Origin: an uncultured Sutterella sp.
Lineage (GTDB): Bacteria > Pseudomonadota > Gammaproteobacteria > Burkholderiales > Burkholderiaceae_F
Length of the DNA: 64,000 nt
NCBI GenBank assembly: GCA_902388655.1
Contig: CABMQD010000001.1
Location: 11,728 to 75,727, forward strand
Reading direction: 5' to 3'
The stretch's first letter is position 1, and each line of letters opens with the position of its first letter. Both the position numbers and the translations under genes were made by a program. Under the pieces are notes generated by a model. The model was not told the origin of the DNA and made no database searches. It was given only the letters and a program-made list of their open reading frames with translations. This document shows positions 40,432 to 49,152 of the stretch, in pieces.

Positions 40432-41559
40432 GTGAATTTACACACCCTTGATACGCCGGCTTTGATTTTGGACGAAGCCAAGATGGACGCCAACATCGCT
40501 CGTATGCGCGATAAAGCGCAAGCGCTTGGCGTTACGCTCAGACCGCACTTAAAAACAAGTAAGTGCTGGGAAGTCGCAAAGCGCCAGCTTTGGACGCCGG
40601 AAGGCCCCGCCACGGTTTCAACATTAAAAGAAGCCGAAGAGTTCGCCGCCCATGGTGTTAAGGACATGATTTACGCGGTGGGCATCGCTCCGCAAAAACT
40701 TCATCGAGTGGCTGCGCTGCTTCGCCAAGGCGTGGACCTGAAGATCATCCTTGATAATGTGGATTCCGCTCGTGCCGTTAGCCGCTTCTGTCAGGAAGAA
40801 CATTTGCCGATCAAGGTGATGATTGAAATTGACTGCGACGGTCACCGCTCCGGCCTAAAACCACAAAGCGCTGAGATTTTGGAGGTCGCCGCCGCCCTAG
40901 AGGCTCCGGCAAAATTGGTCGGTGTTTTGACCCACGCGGGTGGTTCCTATGATGTGGATACCCATGAAGCGCTCCTGATTCGTTCGCGCGCAGAACGCGA
41001 CGGAATCTGTCACGCCGCTCAAATGTTAAGAGACGCGGGACACGATATTTCCATCGTTTCTGTTGGTTCAACTCCGACGGCGCTCACCGATGAGGATCTC
41101 ACTGGTGTGACGGAACTTCGCGCCGGTGTCTATGTCTTCTTCGATCTCTTTCAGGCCGGGGTCGGCATCTGTAAGCCAGAAGATATTGCGCTCTCATTAC
41201 TGGTTACAGTGATCGGTCATCAACTGGAAAAAGGTTGGGTCATTACCGATGGCGGCTGGATGGCTCTGTCTCGAGACAGAGGGACCGCCAACCAAAAAGT
41301 TGACCAAGGCTATGGACTCGTTTGCGACATCAACGGACAGATTATTGACGGTCTGTGGGTGAGCGGCGCCAACCAAGAGCATGGCATCATTTCGGCCCGA
41401 AACCCAAAGGGATTTGATCCGAAACAATTCCCCATCGGCACTCGCTTAAGAATTCTGCCCAACCACGCTTGTTCAACCGGTGCTCAGCACCCCTGCTATT
41501 ACGTGGTCAACAACAGCTTGGAAGTAAAAGACCGCTGGAACCGATTTTACGGTTGGTAA
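40432..41559 (+). CDS. Fold-type III PLP enzyme, alanine-racemase N-terminal domain family (DSD1 / D-serine dehydratase / D-threo-3-hydroxyaspartate dehydratase-like)
   Basis: RPHLKTSKC putative PLP-lysine motif. About 375 aa. C-terminal domain typical of the DSD1/D-TA family. Confidence 0.7.
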   Translation: MNLHTLDTPALILDEAKMDANIARMRDKAQALGVTLRPHLKTSKCWEVAKRQLWTPEGPATVSTLKEAEEFAAHGVKDMIYAVGIAPQKLHRVAALLRQGVDLKIILDNVDSARAVSRFCQEEHLPIKVMIEIDCDGHRSGLKPQSAEILEVAAALEAPAKLVGVLTHAGGSYDVDTHEALLIRSRAERDGICHAAQMLRDAGHDISIVSVGSTPTALTDEDLTGVTELRAGVYVFFDLFQAGVGICKPEDIALSLLVTVIGHQLEKGWVITDGGWMALSRDRGTANQKVDQGYGLVCDINGQIIDGLWVSGANQEHGIISARNPKGFDPKQFPIGTRLRILPNHACSTGAQHPCYYVVNNSLEVKDRWNRFYGW

Positions 41560-41577
41560 ACAACTTCTGAATTTCAA

Positions 41578-41612
41578 AAGGCTGAAGCTTGAGGTTTCAG
41601 CCTTTTCTTTTT
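41578..41612 (+). terminator. Rho-independent terminator after the DSD1-like gene
   Basis: GGCTGAA-gcttgagg-TTCAGCC followed by TTTTCTTTTT. Confidence 0.65.
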
Positions 41613-42090
41613 GATCACACTTCATGTCAATTCGACAATACCCTCCCAATAACGTTCAAAAAAACTTCTCAGAAAAAAATCTGAAATTTCTTATCTCTCT
41701 GCCATAGAAAGCTATCGCTGGATACTTCTGCTGGTAGATTTGAGCTCAAAATTGATCGAATTTGATCGCAGTCAAACTTTCAATTTGTCGACCGGATAAC
41801 GCTTTTCTTTAAAAATCATTCAACGTCTGCTTCAGGTTTTTACTGCAAAATCCTTATGCCGATAATCACTATTACGTATTCGGTGTGCCACCAAATAAGA
41901 TTTTTATCCAAGAAAAGTTGATCTATTCAAAATTTTCAGCTCATTTTGTCGGCCAATCTGACCATTTATTCAAACATATACTCGAAAAACTCGTCTATTT
42001 TCAATTGGTTAGAGAATTTTTGTTTGTCAAAACTTTTTGTAGACTGCTTCGCACCGCATTTAAACATCTCCGTGTGAAAGGATTTTTACA

Positions 42091-42837
42091 ATGAAAAAAA
42101 CTCTCGCAAGCCTCATCTTGGCATCCATTGTCGCCGCCAGCTCTGCTGCACAGGCTGCTACCATCCTCGTTGGCACCGATGCAGGCTTGGCCCCCTTTGA
42201 ATTCAAAGATCAAAAAAGCGAAGAAATTGTCGGCTTTGATATGGACATTATCAAAGCGGTTGCCCGAGCTGTCGGTGATGAAGCAAAAATTCAAAACATG
42301 CAGTTTGCAGGCATTATTCCCGCTCTTCAAACCAATATGATTGATGTAGCCGTTGCCGCTATCACGATTACTGAAGAGCGCAAAAAGCAGGTGCTTTTCT
42401 CTGATCCCTACTATGACGTTGGTCTGGCAATGGTCATTAAAGCGGCAAACAAAGATAAGTACTCAGAGCTCAAAGACATCGAAGGCAAAGCCATTTGCGC
42501 TCAGATTGGCTCCACCGGCTCTCTTTTAGCGCAATCGGTCAAAGGGGCGAAAGTCATGAACTTCGACCAAGTGGCCGAAGCATTGATGGAACTGAAAATG
42601 GGAGGCTGTGAAGCCGCGCTGTTAGGTGATACAACGGCTCGCCACTATCAAAGCCAACACCATGACAAGGATCTGTTGATTGTGCCTCACCTCTACAATC
42701 CTAAACAGGTCGGCTTCGCAGTCTCCAAAAATAATCAGGCGCTCGTCGAAAAACTCAATAAAGGCCTGGCAGCTATTAAGGCAAGCGGCGAGTATGACAA
42801 AATTTATGAAAAGTGGTTAGGCAAAAAAGCCCATTAA
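42091..42837 (+). CDS. Periplasmic polar amino-acid ABC transporter substrate-binding protein (family 3), orphan
   Basis: Signal peptide plus the SBP_bac_3 pattern. No adjacent permease or ATPase gene. Confidence 0.7.
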   Translation: MKKTLASLILASIVAASSAAQAATILVGTDAGLAPFEFKDQKSEEIVGFDMDIIKAVARAVGDEAKIQNMQFAGIIPALQTNMIDVAVAAITITEERKKQVLFSDPYYDVGLAMVIKAANKDKYSELKDIEGKAICAQIGSTGSLLAQSVKGAKVMNFDQVAEALMELKMGGCEAALLGDTTARHYQSQHHDKDLLIVPHLYNPKQVGFAVSKNNQALVEKLNKGLAAIKASGEYDKIYEKWLGKKAH

Positions 42838-43075
42838 CTCTACCTGTTGCGGAAAACAAACCTGAGATTGACCGGTTTCTCAAAATATTGAGTCGATCTC
42901 GGGTTTCGTATTTAACAGGTTGTCATTTCGCAATTTCGCGTAACCTAGTGTTCTTGATCAGGACAAGTCAACCTTCAGGATTAGAAAAAATCCTTCAGAC
43001 TTTCCCCAATCATTGTCCTAAATTTCTGCCAAGCGCTTTAAAATTCCTCATTTCACGAATTAACTCTGACGCGCT

Positions 43076-43942
43076 ATGAAATCACTCTGGATGCTCTCGG
43101 CCTCTTTTTTCTTTTCCCTCATGGCCGTATTTGTCAAAATGGGCGCAGAAGATTTCGGCACCTGTGAACTGATTTTTTACCGTTCTATCGCCGGTGTCAT
43201 TCTCCTTTACAGCTTCGTGAGAGCTAAAGGCTACACCATCGTCACCCCATACTTATTCGGACACTTCAAGCGCAGTTTTATTGGAACAGTGTCCATGTCA
43301 CTATGGTTTTTATCGCTGACGATGCTTCCGGTAGGCACCTCCATGACCCTGAACTACACATCACCGCTTTTTATGTCCTCATTCATGGTGGTGTATCTCT
43401 TAGTTCGGAAACAACCGATGCCTTGGGGATTATTAGGATGCATTCTTTTAGGTTTCTGCGGTGTCTGTCTCGTATTGCGTCCTTCCTTTTCTTCCGGAGA
43501 AATTCTGGGCGCTCTTTTAGCGTTAAGTTCCGGCTTTTTGGGCAGCGTGGCCTACTGGCAAATTAAAGAGCTCGGGCAATTAAAAGAACCCTCCTGGCGC
43601 ATTGTTTTTTATTTCACCGTCTTTGGCACTGTGTACGGTCTTGTCGGCAATCTTCTTTTTGAGGGCGGTCTCTCCCCCATCACCGCTGATAATGTCATCT
43701 ATCTGCTTGGCATGGCCATTTGCGCGACATTAGCTCAGTGCTCACTAACGCTTGCGTTCGGTCAAGGCAATGTTCTTCTGAGCTCCTGTTTGCAGTTTTC
43801 CGCCATCATTATGGCTGAACTCATGGGGTGGATTTTCTTTGCCGACGCACTCTCATTGGTAACAGAAATCGGGATTGTCGTGATTATGATCGCTGGCGTC
43901 AGCGCCACCATGCTCACACGCCGTCAGCAACAAAAACATTAA
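43076..43942 (+). CDS. EamA/DMT-family transporter
   Basis: 288 aa with 10 TM segments and two EamA repeats. Confidence 0.7.
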   Translation: MKSLWMLSASFFFSLMAVFVKMGAEDFGTCELIFYRSIAGVILLYSFVRAKGYTIVTPYLFGHFKRSFIGTVSMSLWFLSLTMLPVGTSMTLNYTSPLFMSSFMVVYLLVRKQPMPWGLLGCILLGFCGVCLVLRPSFSSGEILGALLALSSGFLGSVAYWQIKELGQLKEPSWRIVFYFTVFGTVYGLVGNLLFEGGLSPITADNVIYLLGMAICATLAQCSLTLAFGQGNVLLSSCLQFSAIIMAELMGWIFFADALSLVTEIGIVVIMIAGVSATMLTRRQQQKH

Positions 43943-44154
43943 CAAGTTGCAAATTTGACACGTAAGTTAAAAACATCTATCTGTTTGTTTTATTTGATAT
44001 TTTTAAAAACTTCGACTAAAAACAATCTTCACGCTGAAATATTTAGTTGCGAGCACATACATTTTGAATCGGTATTTGGAATGTTAGGTCTGTAAAGTTA
44101 GAGGCGTGAGAGACAAGCAGAGCTGGTCCTCCGGAACAAGAGAAGAGAGAGTTC

Positions 44155-44188
44155 GGCTAGGGATTGAAAAATTCCTAGCCTTTTTTTT
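44155..44188 (+). terminator. Strong Rho-independent terminator (GGCTAGGGATT-gaaaa-ATTCCTAGCC plus T8) about 210 bp downstream of the EamA gene; possible 3' end of a small RNA
   Basis: Perfect 10-bp stem followed by eight T residues. No ORF lies between the EamA stop and this structure. Confidence 0.6.
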
Positions 44189-44282
44189 CGAAAATTCCCA
44201 AATCGCAACAATGTGCAAAAAAACTGGAGAGACGAAACGCTTTCGTCTACGATCTCTTTAGACATTTTTACGGAAGACAAAC

Positions 44283-44741
44283 ATGCAAAAATCTTTTATC
44301 GCCCTCTTAGGAGCATTTGTCATGGCACTGACAGGCTGTACAGAAAAAAGCCCCGCTGATAACTTAACCGGTGAGGCAGTGAAAAATCTGCAAGGCACAT
44401 CTTGGCAATTGGTGACAGCGCAGCCTGCCGCTAAAGAAGGTGACTGTGAAAACTTACCGCCTGTTATGGATTTTCTGGAAGACTCCAAGGTCGCAGGCAA
44501 TTTGGGCTGCAACCTTTTTAACACAACGTATACGCTGGACGGTAAAAAATTCTCGTTTGCCCCTGCGGCCACCACCCGTCGGATGTGCTCGCCGGATGTA
44601 ATGAAGCTTGAGGGACAGCTTCTTAACATGCTTCAAAGCACCCGCTACCTGACCCAAAATGCAAAGGGATTGATGTTCTGGGATGAAAACGGCAAGCTTC
44701 TTGCCCAATACGAACCGGAACAATCCGGTCAATGCCAATAA
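44283..44741 (+). CDS. META-domain lipoprotein (HslJ-like, DUF306)
   Basis: Lipobox LTGC. Motifs LxGTSWQL and GNLGCN are characteristic of the META domain. Confidence 0.65.
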   Translation: MQKSFIALLGAFVMALTGCTEKSPADNLTGEAVKNLQGTSWQLVTAQPAAKEGDCENLPPVMDFLEDSKVAGNLGCNLFNTTYTLDGKKFSFAPAATTRRMCSPDVMKLEGQLLNMLQSTRYLTQNAKGLMFWDENGKLLAQYEPEQSGQCQ

Positions 44742-44790
44742 GCATTTCAGAATGAGGCCTTTGAAGAAAACTTCAAAGGCCTTTTTTTGA

Positions 44791-47559
44791 TCAGTGCGCG
44801 GATTCCCAACTGTCACCGCTTCCCACTTCCGCAATCAGCGGCACTGATAGCTTCGCCACACTCTGCATTAACCGAGGTAAAGCATCTTTAACGATCTCAA
44901 GCTCATCCTCAGGCACTTCCAAAACCAATTCATCGTGAACCTGCAGCACAAGAAGCGATTTCAGATGTTTTTCCTCAATCCAGGCCTGAACAGCGATCAT
45001 GGCTTTTTTAATTAAATCCGCCGCCGTTCCCTGCATGGGTGCATTAATAGCTGCGCGCTCAGCCGCCGCTCGCACAGGCGCCCGAGAACTCGCGATATCA
45101 GGCAGCCAAAGACGACGACCGAACGCCGTCTGCACAAATCCCTGTTCATGCGCCAACGCGCGCGTTTTTTCCATATACGCTTTCACGCCGGGATAACGGG
45201 CGAAGTAACGTTCGATATAGTTTCTTGCCGCCTGAGGCTCTATTCCCAAATTCTGAGCCAAACCAAACGCGCTCATGCCGTAAATCAAACCGAAATTAAT
45301 CACCTTGGCCGTGCGCCTTTGATCGGGAGATACCTTATCCAACGCGACACCGAACACCTCGGCAGCCGTCGCTCTATGAATATCCAACCCCTTATGGAAT
45401 GCATCCAAAAGACCGGGATCGGCCGACAGGTGCGCCATGATGCGAAGTTCAATTTGTGAGTAGTCCGCGGAAACAATTTCACAGCCCGAAGAGGCGACAA
45501 ACGCTTCCCTCACTCTTCGACCTTCCGTGGTTCGCACGGGAATGTTTTGCAAATTGGGGTCACTTGAAGCCAAACGTCCCGTTACCGCCGTTGTTTGACC
45601 AAATGTTGTGTGTACGCGGCCCGTTTTCGGATAAACCATCAAGGGCAACTTGTCGGTATAGGTGCTCTTTAATTTGCTTAATCGTCGGTATTCAAGAATG
45701 GCCTTGGGAAGCGGATAGTCCAGGGCGAGCTGCTGCAAGACGTCTTCATTGGTGCTGTAGCCACCCGTGGCCGTCTTCTTCGTCTTTGGCGGCACCGGAA
45801 TTTGCAGAACTTCAAAAAGAATATGTGACAACTGTTTGGGGCTGGCGACATTGAACTTTTGTCCGGCCATATCACAGCACTTTTGCTCCAGGCGCACAAT
45901 TTCATCGCCCAGTGTGTCACTTTGAGCTCCCAGGCGCATGGAGTCAATAAGCACCCCATTTCTTTCCATCGTGAAAAGCACATTTTGCGTGGGTAACTCG
46001 ACCGTCTCGTAAATCGACCTCAGTCCCTCATCCTCATTGACGCGATTCCTCAAAACTTTAAATACTGCGGCAATCGCCCGAGCTCGCAATGCGCAAAAAC
46101 GCGCCGCGGCATCGCAGTCCACATCCGCGCACTGGATTTGTTTAGCGCCCTTGCCAATTAAATCTTCAATCGCAGGAACATCGCTTTTGAGCCAACGAAG
46201 GGCTAAATTAGCAAGCTCATGCTTCATATGAGCCTCAATAACGTAGCTTAAAAGCGTCACGTCCTCTGTTTGCGCATTAAGCGAAATACCCATGTTAAGC
46301 AGCGCATGGCGGGCGTACTTACATTGATCCCCCACCTTTTGGCTCGGACCGGCAAACCAAGAACCGAGAATTTGGGCGATTTCATCAGCCTCAATGCCAC
46401 GAGTGCCCGAATCTCGGCAAACAGGCACATAGATATTGTCATTGCCTAGCGTAAAGGCCATACCACTGACCACGGCATGCATCCCATCGGAGGGATCAGT
46501 CAACAGACAGAATGAAACCGGATCTTTAAAAGCCGCCAATTTTTCAGCAAAGGTTTTTAACTTTTGAGTATTTTCAATGATGTCAACCACGATATCGTCG
46601 GATTGGGTGACGATCGGCGCTTCAGGCTCAGCAGGAATGCTTGCGAAAAGATCCGGCGTTAAATTTTCAAACTTGGGCTTTTTCGGCTGTGCTGTCGTTT
46701 GTTTTTGAACCGATTTTTTACTTTGCTGCATTTCCCAACGGGCATAAAAGTCCGTTAAAAACGCACTGTCCTCATCTTTAAATGTTAGAGAACATACGTC
46801 GGCGTTTGACACATACTCTGACAAATCTGCATCGGTTTTGATCGTGACCAAAGCTCTCGCCGTCGGTAAAAAGGCAATGCCTTCGCGTAGGTATTCGCCG
46901 GCCTTTCCCTTCACTTCGCCGGCTCTGCGCACGATTTCATCCAGACTGCCAAAATCATTAACCCATTTGGCCGCTGTTTTCGGCCCGCACTTGGTGATGC
47001 CGGGGACATTGTCCACTGCATCGCCCATCAAGGACAAATAATCAATGATTTTGTCAGGCGTCACACCGAACTTATTTTTCACCCCTTCAACATCCAAAAT
47101 CTGCCGAGTCATGGTATTGAGGATGAAAACATTGTCCGTCACGAGCTGGCTCATATCTTTATCGCCCGTGGCAATGAAGACCTTGAAGCCCTTTTTCTCT
47201 GCCTGTTTAGCTAACGTGCCGATCACATCATCGGCTTCAATGCCCGGTACTTGCAAAAAGGGCCAGCCTTGCGCTTTGACCATGGAGAAAATCGGCTCGA
47301 CCTGGCAAGCCAAATCATCAGGCATCGGAGGACGATTCGCTTTGTATTCGCTGTAGATTTCATCTCGGAATGTGCCGCCATGAGCATCAAAGACGCAAGC
47401 CGCGTAGTCCGGTTTAATCATCGAGCGGATCATCTTGAGCATATTGGCAAAGCCTTTAATTGCCCCGGTGGGTTCTCCGGCGCTTGTTCTCAAATCCGGC
47501 AAACCATGGAAAGCGCGGTATAAGAAATTTGATCCATCAACTAATAAAACTGTTTTCAT
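44791..47559 (-). CDS. polA: DNA polymerase I
   Basis: 922 aa with 5'-3' exonuclease, 3'-5' exonuclease and polymerase domains (motifs A/B/C present). Confidence 0.95.
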   Translation of the reverse strand: MKTVLLVDGSNFLYRAFHGLPDLRTSAGEPTGAIKGFANMLKMIRSMIKPDYAACVFDAHGGTFRDEIYSEYKANRPPMPDDLACQVEPIFSMVKAQGWPFLQVPGIEADDVIGTLAKQAEKKGFKVFIATGDKDMSQLVTDNVFILNTMTRQILDVEGVKNKFGVTPDKIIDYLSLMGDAVDNVPGITKCGPKTAAKWVNDFGSLDEIVRRAGEVKGKAGEYLREGIAFLPTARALVTIKTDADLSEYVSNADVCSLTFKDEDSAFLTDFYARWEMQQSKKSVQKQTTAQPKKPKFENLTPDLFASIPAEPEAPIVTQSDDIVVDIIENTQKLKTFAEKLAAFKDPVSFCLLTDPSDGMHAVVSGMAFTLGNDNIYVPVCRDSGTRGIEADEIAQILGSWFAGPSQKVGDQCKYARHALLNMGISLNAQTEDVTLLSYVIEAHMKHELANLALRWLKSDVPAIEDLIGKGAKQIQCADVDCDAAARFCALRARAIAAVFKVLRNRVNEDEGLRSIYETVELPTQNVLFTMERNGVLIDSMRLGAQSDTLGDEIVRLEQKCCDMAGQKFNVASPKQLSHILFEVLQIPVPPKTKKTATGGYSTNEDVLQQLALDYPLPKAILEYRRLSKLKSTYTDKLPLMVYPKTGRVHTTFGQTTAVTGRLASSDPNLQNIPVRTTEGRRVREAFVASSGCEIVSADYSQIELRIMAHLSADPGLLDAFHKGLDIHRATAAEVFGVALDKVSPDQRRTAKVINFGLIYGMSAFGLAQNLGIEPQAARNYIERYFARYPGVKAYMEKTRALAHEQGFVQTAFGRRLWLPDIASSRAPVRAAAERAAINAPMQGTAADLIKKAMIAVQAWIEEKHLKSLLVLQVHDELVLEVPEDELEIVKDALPRLMQSVAKLSVPLIAEVGSGDSWESAH

Positions 47560-47627
47560 GGTCCGAGAGCTCTGAAAATCAAACTTGACAGGTGTCTATT
47601 GTAGAGAATACGAGAACAAAATCTGAA

Positions 47628-48806
47628 TCACTCTTTTTCCATAGAACTCATCTTCCTGCGAAATGCGACAAAAAGCACCAAGCCAAACAAGGCAGCAACG
47701 CCCAAGGCAAAAAACGCGCCCGAGTAACTGATGTGATGTGCAAAATAGCCGCCATAAGAATTACTCAGCGCAGCTCCCAATCCCTGAATGGTTAACACAA
47801 AGCCCAGCCCCATATTGGTGTGTCCGCTTCCTTTTAAAAGCCACGCAACAATTCCGGGCGTTGCCACACCCAAAAGTCCGGCTCCCACACCATCGAGGAT
47901 TTGCACGGGAACAATGCTCCAGGGACTGTCCCACACTCCTGCAATGCAGCCTCTGATTGGCAAAGCCACCAAAGCCAAAATAAAAAGGAGGGCGTACCCT
48001 CTTTTTTGGGCTAATCGCGCCGCCCAAATCGCCATGAGGATCATGGTCGCCTGCGCAAGCACAACCGTCGCGGCTGTGTACGCCGCAGGATTGACGTCGA
48101 AACGGGCCACCGCAGACTGCCCCAGCAGAGGCAGCATCGCAGCATTACCCAAATGGAAAAGAAAAAGCGTAGCGGAAACCAGAAGCAAAGACGGATTCCT
48201 GAGCACCTCAGAAAAACGGACTGCCGTCTCATGCGTTTTCCCGCGTGCGCGCTCATAATCAATATCCCGAGGATTAATGCCGCCAAGCGCCCACAGGCTC
48301 AGCACTCCCATCACAGTCATCACAAAGAAAACGCCGACAATCCCATAGAAATACCCGACAAGTCCGCCAATGAGTGCACTCATCATATTACCGGCGTGGT
48401 TGAAGGCTTCGTTAACACCTAAACGCATCGGCAATTTTTCTTCGCTCACGAGCCCCAAGGTGATATTGGTGATCAACGGAGCAATCGCCGCTCCCGCTAT
48501 CCCTTGAATGAGCATAGTTAACGCAGCACTTAAAAAATCACTACGGACAAAAAGCCAACCGCAACCGGCAACGATTAACACAATACAAAGAAAAAGGTAG
48601 GCTCGTTTGTGTCTCGTTTGATCAGCAAGCGCGCCGGCAAATGTGCTCACAAACAACCCGGCAAGGCTGCCAGCGGTCATCACATAACCGATTGAATCCG
48701 CGCTCCAACCGCAGGATTGGAGATAGACACCGAAAAAAGGGCCTAATCCGTCTCTAACATCGGCAAGGAAAAAACACAAAAGAGATAAGCTGAACAATGA
48801 TCGCAT
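47628..48806 (-). CDS. MFS transporter
   Basis: About 390 aa with 12 TM segments. The start is set at MRSLFSL. Substrate unknown. Confidence 0.7.
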   Translation of the reverse strand: MRSLFSLSLLCFFLADVRDGLGPFFGVYLQSCGWSADSIGYVMTAGSLAGLFVSTFAGALADQTRHKRAYLFLCIVLIVAGCGWLFVRSDFLSAALTMLIQGIAGAAIAPLITNITLGLVSEEKLPMRLGVNEAFNHAGNMMSALIGGLVGYFYGIVGVFFVMTVMGVLSLWALGGINPRDIDYERARGKTHETAVRFSEVLRNPSLLLVSATLFLFHLGNAAMLPLLGQSAVARFDVNPAAYTAATVVLAQATMILMAIWAARLAQKRGYALLFILALVALPIRGCIAGVWDSPWSIVPVQILDGVGAGLLGVATPGIVAWLLKGSGHTNMGLGFVLTIQGLGAALSNSYGGYFAHHISYSGAFFALGVAALFGLVLFVAFRRKMSSMEKE

Positions 48807-49045
48807 TTCTGGCAAATGACTATAACAGCGAATTAACATTCAACAAAAAAACAAAATCGAGCAAGCTCTCGATGAACATTCGCCTCTTTGGGTATAAAGC
48901 TTCTTAACAATTTGTAAAGAAGCCATCATTTCATCGGCATTACCTAATTCGCAAAATTGTTCCAGTTTTGTGACTCAAACGACAAATAACAAAAAAGAGT
49001 ATTTTTCGTGACAATTTTTTTAAAGATTGTTTTTTTATGCCAAAA

Positions 49046-49076
49046 CCGTCATGAAATTGACAGTGTTTTGTCACGG
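49046..49076 (+). promoter_or_regulatory. Pho box-like element (three direct repeats GTCAT / GACAG / GTCAC at 11-bp spacing) upstream of phoA
   Basis: CCGTCATGAAATTGACAGTGTTTTGTCACGG, about 80-105 bp upstream of the phoA ATG. It is followed by a candidate -10 region. Two further TGTCAC half-sites in the opposite orientation occur at about 48990-49040. Confidence 0.5.
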
Positions 49077-49152
49077 ATTGCTCATATCTGATTTTTAAAC
49101 TGACGGCAATTCTTCAACAGACGTTTGAAGTTTTTTCAAAGGAAGATTGACT

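Noticed and set aside
39219-40667. 482-aa minus-strand ORF
   Set aside because: It is antisense to iadA and the DSD1-like gene, which have strong specific homology on the plus strand. No recognisable motifs. It is a GC-driven spurious open frame.
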